From assembly GCA_043806955.1 (NCBI GenBank), contig JAZDGK010000278.1, positions 1-49,587 on the forward strand: 49,587 nt of DNA, in the 5' to 3' direction. A program made the position numbers and the translations under genes. The stretch is from Pseudomonadota bacterium. GTDB lineage: Bacteria; Desulfobacterota; QYQD01; JAZDGK01. The stretch's first letter is position 1; each line of letters begins with the position of its first letter. A model generated the notes under the pieces. It was given only the letters and a program-made list of their open reading frames with translations, made no database searches and had not been told where the DNA came from. Shown here in pieces: positions 26,709 to 35,869 of the stretch.

Positions 26709-27665
26709 ATGCCGGCCTTGAAGAAAAATGGTATAGCATTAATAGCGGTGCTCTGGGTCATTGCGCTCTTGACCGTTATGGCGCTTGAGTTTTCGTATGC
26801 CATGCGTACGGAAGTGGATATATGGACCAATTATAAAGACGAGTTGAAAGGGTATTTTCTGGCCCGTGCAGGGGTGGAACGGGCCTTGCTGGAAATAACG
26901 CGATTCCACAAGACCGGGACGGCTGTTCTGGCTCAAGAAAACGGAGAAGAAGAAAAACCGGAGGAAGAGAACGAGTTATGGGTGCCGGACGGCAGTCCCC
27001 ACGAAGTCTCAATGAATGAAGGCGATTTTAAAGTAAGTGTTGAGGATGAGGGGGGAAAACTCAATATTAACCGCGCGTCGGAAGACGCCCTGAGAGATCT
27101 TATGGGAAATCTCGATATACCGCCTGAAGAGGCCGGCATAATTGCCGATTCGATCCTGGACTGGCGCGATCAGGACAATCTTCATCGCCTGAACGGTGCT
27201 GAAGATGACTATTATGCCGCCCTCCCGGACCCCTATGAATGCAAGGACGGGGAATTCGACGCCGTTGAGGAATTGCTCCTGGTGAAAGGCATTACACCGG
27301 AAATCTACAGGAAATTTGCCGACAAGCTCACGGTATATACGCAAAACGACACGATCAATGTGAATACGGCGTCCCCGGCCGTCTTGAGATGGGTGATTCC
27401 TGATAATCAGATAGTGGATCAGATTCTGGAGCAAAGACCTTTCCAGACTCCGCAGGAGTTACAGATCGTCAAAGGTGACACTACGACCCTGGCGCCGGTT
27501 GGAATAAGCTCTTCGAGCGGGTTTTATACTGTAAAGTCAACCGGTAGAATAAAGGGGAGCAAGATAGCGCGATCGGTGAAAGCGGTCGTCCAGATCAAGG
27601 GACCGGAGAGTTCGATTGTAACCTGGACGGACCGGTGGTGGGAGATAAAAGATAATGCTGCTTGA
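26709..27665 (+). CDS. gspK: Minor pseudopilin GspK-like
   Basis: ORF track gives 26640..27665. ATG 26709 gives MPALKKNGIALIAVLWVIALL. T2SSK features are present (DWRD, LLLVKGITPEIY, NVNTASPAVL). Confidence 0.82.
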   Translation: MPALKKNGIALIAVLWVIALLTVMALEFSYAMRTEVDIWTNYKDELKGYFLARAGVERALLEITRFHKTGTAVLAQENGEEEKPEEENELWVPDGSPHEVSMNEGDFKVSVEDEGGKLNINRASEDALRDLMGNLDIPPEEAGIIADSILDWRDQDNLHRLNGAEDDYYAALPDPYECKDGEFDAVEELLLVKGITPEIYRKFADKLTVYTQNDTINVNTASPAVLRWVIPDNQIVDQILEQRPFQTPQELQIVKGDTTTLAPVGISSSSGFYTVKSTGRIKGSKIARSVKAVVQIKGPESSIVTWTDRWWEIKDNAA

Positions 27666-29079
27666 TTCCATTATTGGAATGGAGATTCAGAAAGACTACC
27701 TGGCCATGGTCTCCATTCAGAAATCGATCGATGGATCTGCGCTCAAGTTCTGCGAAATCGCCTCACTTCCGCCGGCTGAATCAAAAGATCAGAGACAGAA
27801 GATCATAATCGAACAGGTTTTAGAATTTAAGAAGAAGGCAAAGGTCAAAACGGGTAAGGTATTCTTTGCCTTTCCGCGAGAAGAAGCCATCTTCAGGTTT
27901 GTGAGCCTTCCTGCGAGCGCAAAAGAGAATCTGGGTCAAGTGCTGGAATACGAATTGTCCAGGTATATCCCGTTTTCTCCGGAAGAAGTATATTACGACT
28001 TTCAATTACTAAGAGAAAGCGACGAAAGCCTGGAGATTCTGCTGGTTGCGGCCAGGAAGCAGGCGATCAACTTTTACCTTGAGACCTTATCGCTGGCCAA
28101 TTCCAAACCAGTGTCGATAGAGGTAAGCACAAGTGCCCTGTTTAATGCCTTTGTTGATGGGGCCGGCTTATCCGGACCGGGATGCCAGGCCGTTTTGCTG
28201 GCAAGAAAGGACAATGGCGAGCTGGTATTGATATCTGACGGGTTCCCGGCCTATTCCAGGTCTTTTTCCTGGCGGGACGGTTTATCAGAGATCAAATCGG
28301 AAATACAAAAGGCGTTTGATCATTTTTCAAATACGCACTTTTCGGGGACGAAGGGAGTGCCTTTTCAGGACATAAAGCCCGTGTTGTTAAAGATGGGAAG
28401 GTCTGAAGAGGACTGGAATGCACTGGTCAATCAGACAGAAGTCCGGTTTTCAACAGATTTCAAGCCCGCGCGGTTAAGGGGCGTCCGGCTGAATTTCCAG
28501 CCGTTCGCTGTTTCCTACGGCGCAGCTCTAAAGGGCCTCAAGAAGGTCACCCTCAGGACCAATCTGTTGCCAAAGCAGGCGAAGAAAGAGGGAAAGCGGG
28601 CGAGTCTCATTCCCACTCTTATTCTGGCTGTCATTATTGGCGCTCTGGGGATATCCTGGGGATCGGTGATGCTGTCAAAGGAGAAACGCCAACTTGAAAT
28701 GCTGAACGCCGAAGTGGATCGATTGAACCCGGATATAAAGGCGGTCGAAGCGATGGAGAAGGAAATAGGGGGGTTGAAGAAGAACCTGCAGATTCTGGAG
28801 GAGATTAATGGGGAGAATTACAGTCAGCTCGAGATACTGCGAGAGCTTACCGGTACTATTCCCGAAAAGGTATGGCTGAACAGGTTTACCTGTGGAAAGG
28901 GAAAAGTCCAGATAGAAGGACAGGCGCCTACTGCCTCAGATTTGATTCCTATTCTCGAAAGATCGGCATTGTTCCAGGACGCCAAGTTTCCCTCGCCCAT
29001 TACCAAGACCCCTGACGGCCTGGAACAGTTCCGAATTGAGATGACAATAGAGGGTACGGGTGGAGAAGAAAACCGATAA
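27655..29079 (+). CDS. GspL-like assembly protein (PilM-type cytoplasmic domain fused to TM plus PilN-type periplasmic domain)
   Basis: 474 aa. It has an N-terminal actin-like domain, a TM segment LIPTLILAVIIGALGISWG, a coiled coil, and a PilN-like C-terminus (WLNRF...VQIEGQAPTASDL). Confidence 0.7.
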   Translation: MLLDSIIGMEIQKDYLAMVSIQKSIDGSALKFCEIASLPPAESKDQRQKIIIEQVLEFKKKAKVKTGKVFFAFPREEAIFRFVSLPASAKENLGQVLEYELSRYIPFSPEEVYYDFQLLRESDESLEILLVAARKQAINFYLETLSLANSKPVSIEVSTSALFNAFVDGAGLSGPGCQAVLLARKDNGELVLISDGFPAYSRSFSWRDGLSEIKSEIQKAFDHFSNTHFSGTKGVPFQDIKPVLLKMGRSEEDWNALVNQTEVRFSTDFKPARLRGVRLNFQPFAVSYGAALKGLKKVTLRTNLLPKQAKKEGKRASLIPTLILAVIIGALGISWGSVMLSKEKRQLEMLNAEVDRLNPDIKAVEAMEKEIGGLKKNLQILEEINGENYSQLEILRELTGTIPEKVWLNRFTCGKGKVQIEGQAPTASDLIPILERSALFQDAKFPSPITKTPDGLEQFRIEMTIEGTGGEENR

Positions 29080-29845
29080 GAACTCCCCATTTGTTTCTGT
29101 TTTGAGAGGATTGGCCAAGCTTCCTTTCAAGGTTTCGCGGAGGGAGAGAAAAATTCTGGTCCTTGGCGCCGTGGTCGGCGCTCTTATTCTGCTGTATATG
29201 TACAGGGTTGAACCCGTTCTAAGCGAGCAGCAGGAAGCGAAGAAGCAGATTATCCAGAGAGAAAAACTTCTGTCCGGCTCGCAAAAACGGGCAAAGGAGA
29301 AGGCGCCTCTGCAGCGAGATCTTTCGGCGGTAAGAACCAAATTGAAGGAGATGGAAGGCGGTCTCCTCGAGGGAGACAATCCGTCTCTGGCCGCAGCAAG
29401 TCTGCAGGAAATAATAAGGGAGATTTCTGGGAAAACGGGTATTGCAGTGACGAGTGTAAGGGTATTGCCTCCGGTGCCGCTGGACAGGTATACGGAGATT
29501 CCCGTAAGGATCGAAACCACCGGGAAGATATCGGCTCTAAAGGATCTTCTATACGAGATTGAAACTTGGCCGAAGCTGATGATGATAAAAGAGATGAACG
29601 TGTATGTCTTTAATTTTGGGCCGGCAAGGCGTCCTGTGAGTGCGGGGCCGATGCCAGGAAGAGGGGATCCACGCTCCCGTGTCCCGCGCATGGCCGCCCC
29701 GCGCCCTGTGACCGATTTCAGAACAGGCCTGGTCATAAGCGGGCTCATAAAATCTTCAGAAAAACCCCGGGCCTCGAAATCTGAAACCACGAAGTCGGGC
29801 GCCCCCAAAAGAGAACTGCTTGATGCAGAGCAAGGGGAATCGTAA
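29060..29845 (+). CDS. GspM/PilO-like assembly protein
   Basis: GTG start overlaps the upstream gene. It has an N-terminal TM segment ILVLGAVVGALILLY, a coiled coil, and a ferredoxin-like part (YTEIPVRIETTGKISALKDLLYEIE). The tail is Pro/Arg-rich. Confidence 0.65.
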   Translation: MEKKTDKNSPFVSVLRGLAKLPFKVSRRERKILVLGAVVGALILLYMYRVEPVLSEQQEAKKQIIQREKLLSGSQKRAKEKAPLQRDLSAVRTKLKEMEGGLLEGDNPSLAAASLQEIIREISGKTGIAVTSVRVLPPVPLDRYTEIPVRIETTGKISALKDLLYEIETWPKLMMIKEMNVYVFNFGPARRPVSAGPMPGRGDPRSRVPRMAAPRPVTDFRTGLVISGLIKSSEKPRASKSETTKSGAPKRELLDAEQGES

Positions 29846-29852
29846 TTTTGAT

Positions 29853-30076
29853 AACCGTTCACCGTTAACCGTTCACCGTTCACCGTTATCCGTTCACCGT
29901 TCACCGCAAGAACCCGGACGGTGCGTCTTTGGTGGACAGCCATGTAGTCGTGCTTTCTTGACCGTTTGTTTGTACTTAACGGCATAAAGAAGATGAATAT
30001 GTCTTCGGTTATTGGCCGCTGTTGTTGCTGCAAACGGTTTTTTCGGTGAACGGTGAACAGTCAACGGTGAACGGTT
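29853..30076. repeat. Heptamer-armed hairpin element between gspM-like and gspC-like genes
   Basis: Forward arm at 29853-29907 has 7 consecutive CCGTTNN units. Inverted arm at 30044-30076. The spacer shares blocks with the 23.8-kb copy. Confidence 0.88.
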
Positions 30077-30090
30077 ACTAATTCTGCCCT

Positions 30091-31047
30091 GTGGTAAACG
30101 GAGGGATTCAACTGAGCCGCGGAACGATCGTCGTATTAAACCTGTGCCTGGCAGTGATTGCCTATGTCGTGGGTATTAGACTGTACAATGCATGGAAGAG
30201 TCCGGTCGAACCTCATGTCTCGGTAAAGGAATCGTCTCGAGAACCGATCGGCGCCCTCCCGAAAACCGGCACGCGGGCGAGTACACTCAGGAGCGGGGGG
30301 GAGGGAAATGCTCGTGTGGGGACCGGTGCGCCCGACCGGAATAACACAGCCGCAAATCTTGCCGGGCAGAAGACGGGGCTGAAAGACTCCAAAGCCCAGC
30401 AGGGAAGGGGCAACACGACAGGCGCCGGGGGCCAGCCCGCGGTCAACGACCCCAGACAGAGAAAGCCCAAAGAAACGTATGAAATAATTGCCCAGAAGAA
30501 CCTTTTTTCTCCGAACCGGAATCCGATTGAAGAGAAAGAGGAAATACCCGAACCGGAAGAAGTCTTTGACCCAAATTCGGAACTGATGGTCTACGGGACT
30601 TTCATAATAGGGGATTACAAGAGCGCCCTGGTAAAGGTTTCGGGAGGCGCTGAAAAGCAAAAGGCGACCGAAACAACGATCGGCAGCAACGTCGCCCGAT
30701 ATCGGGTGACCGATATAAATGATGAAGGAATCGTTGTTGAGGACCCAAAAGGCCGGACGTACACCCTGAATTGTTCTAAGGCAAAAAAGGAAAGGCGGGA
30801 CATAAGAACCGCCGTGCCGCAAAGACCTGGCGCACAGAGAGAAATGGCACAGAGAGAACCGGTCCAGGGAGATGAGGGCGCGCGGCGTGCCACTCCGCCG
30901 CCGGTCGACGAGAGAAGGCGAGTGGGTCGAACCAGAGACGAAAGGGCGGCAATACTTTCCGAATTGAGAAAGAGACATCTACAGAAACAAAAAGAACCGG
31001 AGGTAGCCGTAGATGAAGCACCGGAACCCTCGAATCCTGAAGAATGA
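30091..31047 (+). CDS. GspC/PilP-like secretin-interacting protein
   Basis: GTG start, N-terminal TM segment, a low-complexity linker, then a beta-rich HR/PilP-like domain (LMVYGTFIIGDYKSALVKV...YRVTDINDEGIVVED) and a charged tail. Confidence 0.6.
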   Translation: MVNGGIQLSRGTIVVLNLCLAVIAYVVGIRLYNAWKSPVEPHVSVKESSREPIGALPKTGTRASTLRSGGEGNARVGTGAPDRNNTAANLAGQKTGLKDSKAQQGRGNTTGAGGQPAVNDPRQRKPKETYEIIAQKNLFSPNRNPIEEKEEIPEPEEVFDPNSELMVYGTFIIGDYKSALVKVSGGAEKQKATETTIGSNVARYRVTDINDEGIVVEDPKGRTYTLNCSKAKKERRDIRTAVPQRPGAQREMAQREPVQGDEGARRATPPPVDERRRVGRTRDERAAILSELRKRHLQKQKEPEVAVDEAPEPSNPEE

Positions 31048-31069
31048 AAGCCGTAAGGAGGATCAGTAA

Positions 31070-33643
31070 GTGCTTTCTGGAGCCAAACGATTTTATTCGG
31101 CAATACTAATTGCGGGGCTTCTGGCTCTTTGCACCGCAGCAGGTGCTGCCGATACAAAAAAAGGCGTAGCGGAGAACTCACAAGCGAAAAGTCCGGAGAC
31201 TTCGGCTGTTAGTGAACAGAAAGTCAGGCCTTCCCGCAAGCCGGGAAATGTCCCCAATCCGCGATTCCGGCGGGCAGTCCCTGCCAAAACCGCTAATCCG
31301 TCTCCCGCTGAAGAGCAGGGAGCGGATTCCACCGCGATTGTGCCTTCCACTGACGGCAAGGGGACGCAGAATCCGCTTTCGGCGCCACCTCCACCCGGAA
31401 GCATTTCAACGTCTGATGCCGCGCGAACCGATGATGTCCAGCCCTCCCACAATCCCATGACTGTAGCAGATCAGCCGGGATTGAGACCGGAGCTTTCTGC
31501 GCCGCCTTCGCCCGGAGAAGCCCAGGTTATCCCTTCGCCTGTGCCTGACAGGTCGGAGATGAGACCGGAGGTGCGACCTGAGATAAGACCGGAGGCAAGA
31601 CCGGAGGCAAGACCGGACGCGGGTCCGGCTGCAACTCCGGAAGTGCAGCCGGAAAAGAGAGTCGATCCGGGGCCGGGAGCACCGCCTCCGGCACTTCCAC
31701 AGCCCGGTTTCCCTAAGGCAAGGGCAGTCCCTGCACCGATTAATGACAGGGAGACCTTCAACCTCAATTTTGACAATGCAGACCTGAATGAGGTCATAGA
31801 AGTCCTGGCCAAATCCCTGCAGCTCAATTACATCGTGGATTCGCGCGTTAAGGGGACCGTGACCATTCATACCGCAGGGAAGGTTCCCAAGACCGAGCTT
31901 TTCGCCGTTCTGGAGCAGATTTTGAAGATGAACGGTGTCGCCATAGTGAAGACAGGCGACATTTATAAGATCATGCCTTTTGGCGAGGCCCAGACTGAAG
32001 CCTTGTCGCCCCATATTGAAGGCGGCCGGGGGGAGGCAAAGCCCGCGGGACAAGACTTCATCATCCAGCTTATGCCGCTGAAATTCGTTCCGGCAGCCCA
32101 GATGGCAAAGATCCTGAAGCCTTTCCTTACGCCGGGTGCAAACATATATGAGATCCCTGTGGGCAATCTTCTCCTCGTAACAGACTTGTCCTCCAACATC
32201 AAAAAGCTGATCGAGATGGTAAATATATTCGATATTCAGATCTTTGAGAATATAAAGGTCGAGCTCTTGGCCATTCAGAATACGAGCGCAGAAGAGATAA
32301 TTACCGATCTCGAAGCGGTTTTTGGCGCCTACGGCCTGCTGGCAAAGGATAAGCAGGCCGAGGGGGGAATCAGATTTGTTCCTATTTCCCGGCTCAATTC
32401 CGTTATGGCCATCACCTCCAGTGCCGAATTGCTCGCCCAGGCCGCGGGGTGGATAAAAAAGCTTGATGAGCGGGCCGAATTGGGTACGGACGTCCATGTC
32501 TATTTCGTTGAGAATGTGAAGGCTGAAGATCTGGCCTCGGTTCTCAACCAGATTTACACGGAAAGCAAAAAAGGCGCAGCAAAAGCGGCCCCGGTAAAAG
32601 CAGGAGACGCAAAACGGAACGTTCCGGCCAAGCCGGCGGCAAATGCCAAGGGGGCCGAAGCCCCTGGAGAACTGGAAGGGGAAGTGAGGATAATCCCTGA
32701 TAAGGGCAGCAACGCACTGGTTATTATGGCGACGCCGGAAGACTACAAGACGATAAGTTTAACCGTAAAGAAACTGGACGTAGTCCCCCGTCAGGTAATG
32801 ATAGAGGTAATGATAGCGGAAATAACACTTGGTGACAGTTTGCAGCACGGAATCAACTGGTGGCTTCAGCACGAAGAGGCAAAGGTCCCCCTGTTGGGAG
32901 GAAAAGTGACGAATAAAACAACACTCCTCGGATCGGTTCCCGCAGGAGGCTTTGCCTATTCTCTCCTGGACGGCGCAAATGTACGGGCTCTATTGTCTCT
33001 TTTGGCCAGCGAATCCAGATTGAACGTACTCTCTGCCCCCAGCATAGTGGCATCAAATAATCAGAAGGCCACAATCAGCGTAGGATCTCAGGTACCAATC
33101 GTTACCAGCGAATATGTGCCTCTGGCCACCACAACAGAGAACCAAACGCAGCAGTCCAGTACCAGCCGGACGATTCAGTACCGGGATACCGGTGTCCTCT
33201 TAACGGTGACTCCGCACATCAACTCCGCACGCCTCGTAACTCTGGAGATTAGCCAGGAAGTCAGTGACGCGCAAGAGACCACCACGGGAGTCACATCAAC
33301 CCCGACCATTTTCAAGAGAAAAGCAGAGACCTCAGTCGTGGTCTATGATGGTCAGAGCGCGCTCATAGGCGGTCTGATTCAGGAGAGAAAATCCGTCAGT
33401 CACTCCGGGATCCCGTTTTTAAAGGATATCCCGGTCCTTGGATGGCTTTTTGGCGGCAAGACCACTTCGGTCAACAGGACGGAATTGCTGGTTCTTCTTA
33501 CGCCCCGGGTGGTAACAGAACGGCAGGAACTCGATCAGGTGACGAGAGAGATGATGAACAAGATTGATTCGCTGAAAAGCATGATCGAAGCCCATACCAG
33601 CAGAGGAGAGGGTCCCTGTAAGGTCGTGCCGGAAGCCAACTAG
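31070..33643 (+). CDS. gspD: Type II secretion system secretin GspD
   Basis: 857 aa. It has a signal peptide, a ~200-aa Pro-rich spacer, an N0 domain (FNLNFDNADLNEVIEVLAK), N1-N3 repeats, a secretin core (VLSAPSIVASNNQKATISVGSQVPI) and PFLKDIPVLGWLFG. Confidence 0.93.
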   Translation: MLSGAKRFYSAILIAGLLALCTAAGAADTKKGVAENSQAKSPETSAVSEQKVRPSRKPGNVPNPRFRRAVPAKTANPSPAEEQGADSTAIVPSTDGKGTQNPLSAPPPPGSISTSDAARTDDVQPSHNPMTVADQPGLRPELSAPPSPGEAQVIPSPVPDRSEMRPEVRPEIRPEARPEARPDAGPAATPEVQPEKRVDPGPGAPPPALPQPGFPKARAVPAPINDRETFNLNFDNADLNEVIEVLAKSLQLNYIVDSRVKGTVTIHTAGKVPKTELFAVLEQILKMNGVAIVKTGDIYKIMPFGEAQTEALSPHIEGGRGEAKPAGQDFIIQLMPLKFVPAAQMAKILKPFLTPGANIYEIPVGNLLLVTDLSSNIKKLIEMVNIFDIQIFENIKVELLAIQNTSAEEIITDLEAVFGAYGLLAKDKQAEGGIRFVPISRLNSVMAITSSAELLAQAAGWIKKLDERAELGTDVHVYFVENVKAEDLASVLNQIYTESKKGAAKAAPVKAGDAKRNVPAKPAANAKGAEAPGELEGEVRIIPDKGSNALVIMATPEDYKTISLTVKKLDVVPRQVMIEVMIAEITLGDSLQHGINWWLQHEEAKVPLLGGKVTNKTTLLGSVPAGGFAYSLLDGANVRALLSLLASESRLNVLSAPSIVASNNQKATISVGSQVPIVTSEYVPLATTTENQTQQSSTSRTIQYRDTGVLLTVTPHINSARLVTLEISQEVSDAQETTTGVTSTPTIFKRKAETSVVVYDGQSALIGGLIQERKSVSHSGIPFLKDIPVLGWLFGGKTTSVNRTELLVLLTPRVVTERQELDQVTREMMNKIDSLKSMIEAHTSRGEGPCKVVPEAN
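31559..31627 (+). repeat. Coding tandem repeat (about 12-nt unit AGACCGGAGGYR) giving MRPEVRPEIRPEARPEARPD in GspD
   Basis: Read directly from the DNA and the translation. Confidence 0.85.
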
Positions 33644-33754
33644 GAGGCTGTCCTTCACCCATAGGTCGTGCGACGGAATCGCTGGTGCCAGTGTGTGCCG
33701 TATGCTGTTGAAGTACCGCCTGTTACATCCTCTCCACCATCCTGGGGGAGAGGA

Positions 33755-33933
33755 TCGAGGTGAGGGGGAAAAGGGCCGCCTTAAGACCCCTCACCCTGCC
33801 CTCTCCCCGCGGACGGGGCGAGGGTGCTCTGACTGGCATCCTTAATTCAACAGCATTGAGGATTGAGGTGAGGGGGAAAAGGGTCACTTTTACCCCTCAC
33901 CCTGCCCTTTCCCCCGCGGACGGAGGCGAGGGG
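33755..33933 (+). repeat. Two tandem family E units downstream of gspD
   Basis: The units at 33755-33825 and 33862-33933 each contain GAGGTGAGGGGGAAAAGGG...CCCCTCACCCTGCCCT hairpins. Confidence 0.8.
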
Positions 33934-34018
33934 AAGTCAATCCGGCCGTTTTTTTGGATCAACACTTCCCATTATGGACGGACTTGTGGGTAAAGGGCAG
34001 AACTAGGGTTAGGATGAT

Positions 34019-35860
34019 CTACTGCTTCTGTCCCTTCCTTTCACTTATCCCCAAAAACTCGAGGTTTTGTTGAGCGTCGCGCAATTGCGGATTGAGGCGC
34101 AGGGCCTCCTGAAAGTGAAGGACTCCCTCATTCGGCCGTCCTGTCGTAACCAGTGCGACTCCGAGATTATTATGAGCATCCGGATAGTCGGGTCTGATCG
34201 CTATTGCCCTGGCAAAAAGAGGGATCGCATCTTTCGCCCTGTTTTGATACTGAAGTATCACACCAACATTATAATGGGCTTCTGCATAATCCGGCTTTAG
34301 CTTCAGGGCTTCGAAAAAATGCCGCTGTGCCCCGTTCAAATCTCCCTGCCTTTCCAGGGCGACTCCCAGATTGTTGTGGGCTTCCGCGTAGTCCGGTTTG
34401 ATTCGCAATGCCTTTGTGAACCAGCGGGCGGCGTCCTCAAACCTGTTTATCCCCAACTCAAGATGCCCCAGATTATAATATGCGTCGGGCAGGTCCGGTT
34501 TCTGCCGAGACGCTGATAGAAAATGCCCTCTGGCCTGGCCGAAGATTCTTTCCCTTTCCAACGCGATTCCAAGGTTATTTCGTGCTATGTAATTGTCAGG
34601 GACCACTGTCAGGGCGTGCGTCCAGAGATCTGTGCTGCTCCGCCAGTATTCAAGCTGTTTCCAGGTACATGCTGTCAGCGCACAAACGATCACTCCTGCC
34701 AGAACAGGGCCTATGACCCTCAATTTGGGAACTCTTTCCAGGGTATCGGCTGCAATCCAGACAACTGCCCAGAAAAGGCCGATATGCGGGATATACGCAT
34801 ACCGGTCGGCCATGGCCTGTGTGCCGACCTGAACAATGCCGATCACGGGCAAAAGGGCGCCTATATACCATAACCATCCCACGACAAAATACGGATATCT
34901 CCGGGCGCTTCGAAAAGCGAGAGCGGATATTCCCAAAAGGAGCAATCCTGATCCAACTACCTGCCAGGCGGACATACTTAAGGAAAATGGGTAGAAAACC
35001 GCGAGATCACATGGCCAAACAGCCTTTCCGATATACCGCACGTAAGACAGCAAAGCATTAGCGACGCGGAGATGAAACGGTATGAGCTGGAGCGAGGTGA
35101 CCGCTTGACCATGTTGTTGGACAAGAATCGTGACGGCACTTGAAACAAGGGATAAGGCGAAAAGTGGCGCCTTCTCCTTCAACGCGCCCAGGGAAGATAA
35201 TCTTGTAGTACCCACAAAAGGGATGCATGATGGGCTGCCGGGCTGAAACTGCATGCGGCAAAGAGGCCAGTAATCCACCAGGAGCAATACAAAAGGCAGT
35301 GTGACCAGCATAGGTTTGGCCATTAGACCGCAGGCAAAGATAAGCAGAAGGAGCAGATAACGCCGGGCATTTGGAGTTTTGACATACCGAATATAGCTCA
35401 TCAGGCCAAGCAGCCAGAAGAAAGTACTGAGGACGTCCTTACGTTCTGAAACCCAGGCCACTGATTCTACATGCAGGGGATGGACCGCAAAGAGAGCTGC
35501 AACGAGGCCGCTTTTCCATACGGCTCCCGTAACACTGTTCAGCAGCAAGAAGAGCAGGACGGTATTTAAAAGGTGAAGGAACTGGCTGGTCAGATGGTGC
35601 CCTTTGGGGTTCAAACCGTAGAATTCGCAATCTGCCATATGGGACAGCCATGTCAGCGGATGCCAGTTGGCAGCGTGGGCGGAGGTGAATGCCCAGACCA
35701 TACCCTTTAAGGACAAACCGGTCTTCACATGCGGATTATCGGTAACATAAAGATTATCGTCGTAATTTACGAATCCCAAATCTCCGATTTGCCAGAAAGC
35801 TGTGCACGTCAGAGTTATCAGGGTGAGGCATATCAGCGTTTGCTTCAGTCGGGGGTTCAT
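34019..35860 (-). CDS. GT-C-type (TMTC/PMT-like, DUF1736-like) membrane glycosyltransferase with C-terminal TPR repeats
   Basis: ORF track gives 34019..36028, but the longer form overlaps the upstream GT2 gene and runs through repeat DNA; ATG 35860 is preferred. The N-terminal half has many TM segments and a first-loop VNYDDNLYV...NWHPLTWLSH...GHHL pattern. About 6 TPR units follow. Confidence 0.75.
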   Translation of the reverse strand: MNPRLKQTLICLTLITLTCTAFWQIGDLGFVNYDDNLYVTDNPHVKTGLSLKGMVWAFTSAHAANWHPLTWLSHMADCEFYGLNPKGHHLTSQFLHLLNTVLLFLLLNSVTGAVWKSGLVAALFAVHPLHVESVAWVSERKDVLSTFFWLLGLMSYIRYVKTPNARRYLLLLLIFACGLMAKPMLVTLPFVLLLVDYWPLCRMQFQPGSPSCIPFVGTTRLSSLGALKEKAPLFALSLVSSAVTILVQQHGQAVTSLQLIPFHLRVANALLSYVRYIGKAVWPCDLAVFYPFSLSMSAWQVVGSGLLLLGISALAFRSARRYPYFVVGWLWYIGALLPVIGIVQVGTQAMADRYAYIPHIGLFWAVVWIAADTLERVPKLRVIGPVLAGVIVCALTACTWKQLEYWRSSTDLWTHALTVVPDNYIARNNLGIALERERIFGQARGHFLSASRQKPDLPDAYYNLGHLELGINRFEDAARWFTKALRIKPDYAEAHNNLGVALERQGDLNGAQRHFFEALKLKPDYAEAHYNVGVILQYQNRAKDAIPLFARAIAIRPDYPDAHNNLGVALVTTGRPNEGVLHFQEALRLNPQLRDAQQNLEFLGISERKGQKQ

Positions 35861-35869
35861 TAGTGCGTA

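Noticed and set aside
23764-30076. A CRISPR array, or several mini-arrays, suggested by the many short direct repeats (CCGTTCA units).
   Set aside because: The repeat unit is 7 nt and is tandem without spacers. The arrays occur as inverted pairs, there are no 25-40-nt repeats separated by unique spacers, and there are no cas genes.
28936-32497. Long antisense ORFs (28936..30033, 30136..30978, 30615..31181, 31406..32497) that could be read as extra genes opposite the T2SS operon.
   Set aside because: They are shadows of well-supported plus-strand genes or run through repeat DNA (VNGERITVNGERLTVNG). Their composition is low-complexity Arg/Ser/Pro-rich and they contain no recognisable motifs.
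20054-33643. The cluster being a type IVa pilus operon rather than a T2SS.
   Set aside because: The GspG-specific conserved body, a GspK-type minor pseudopilin, the tetracysteine GspE and a GspD-type secretin with N0-N3 domains argue for a T2SS. There is no pilT retraction ATPase and no PilA-like major pilin. Some alignment-complex components do look PilMNOP-like (see findings).
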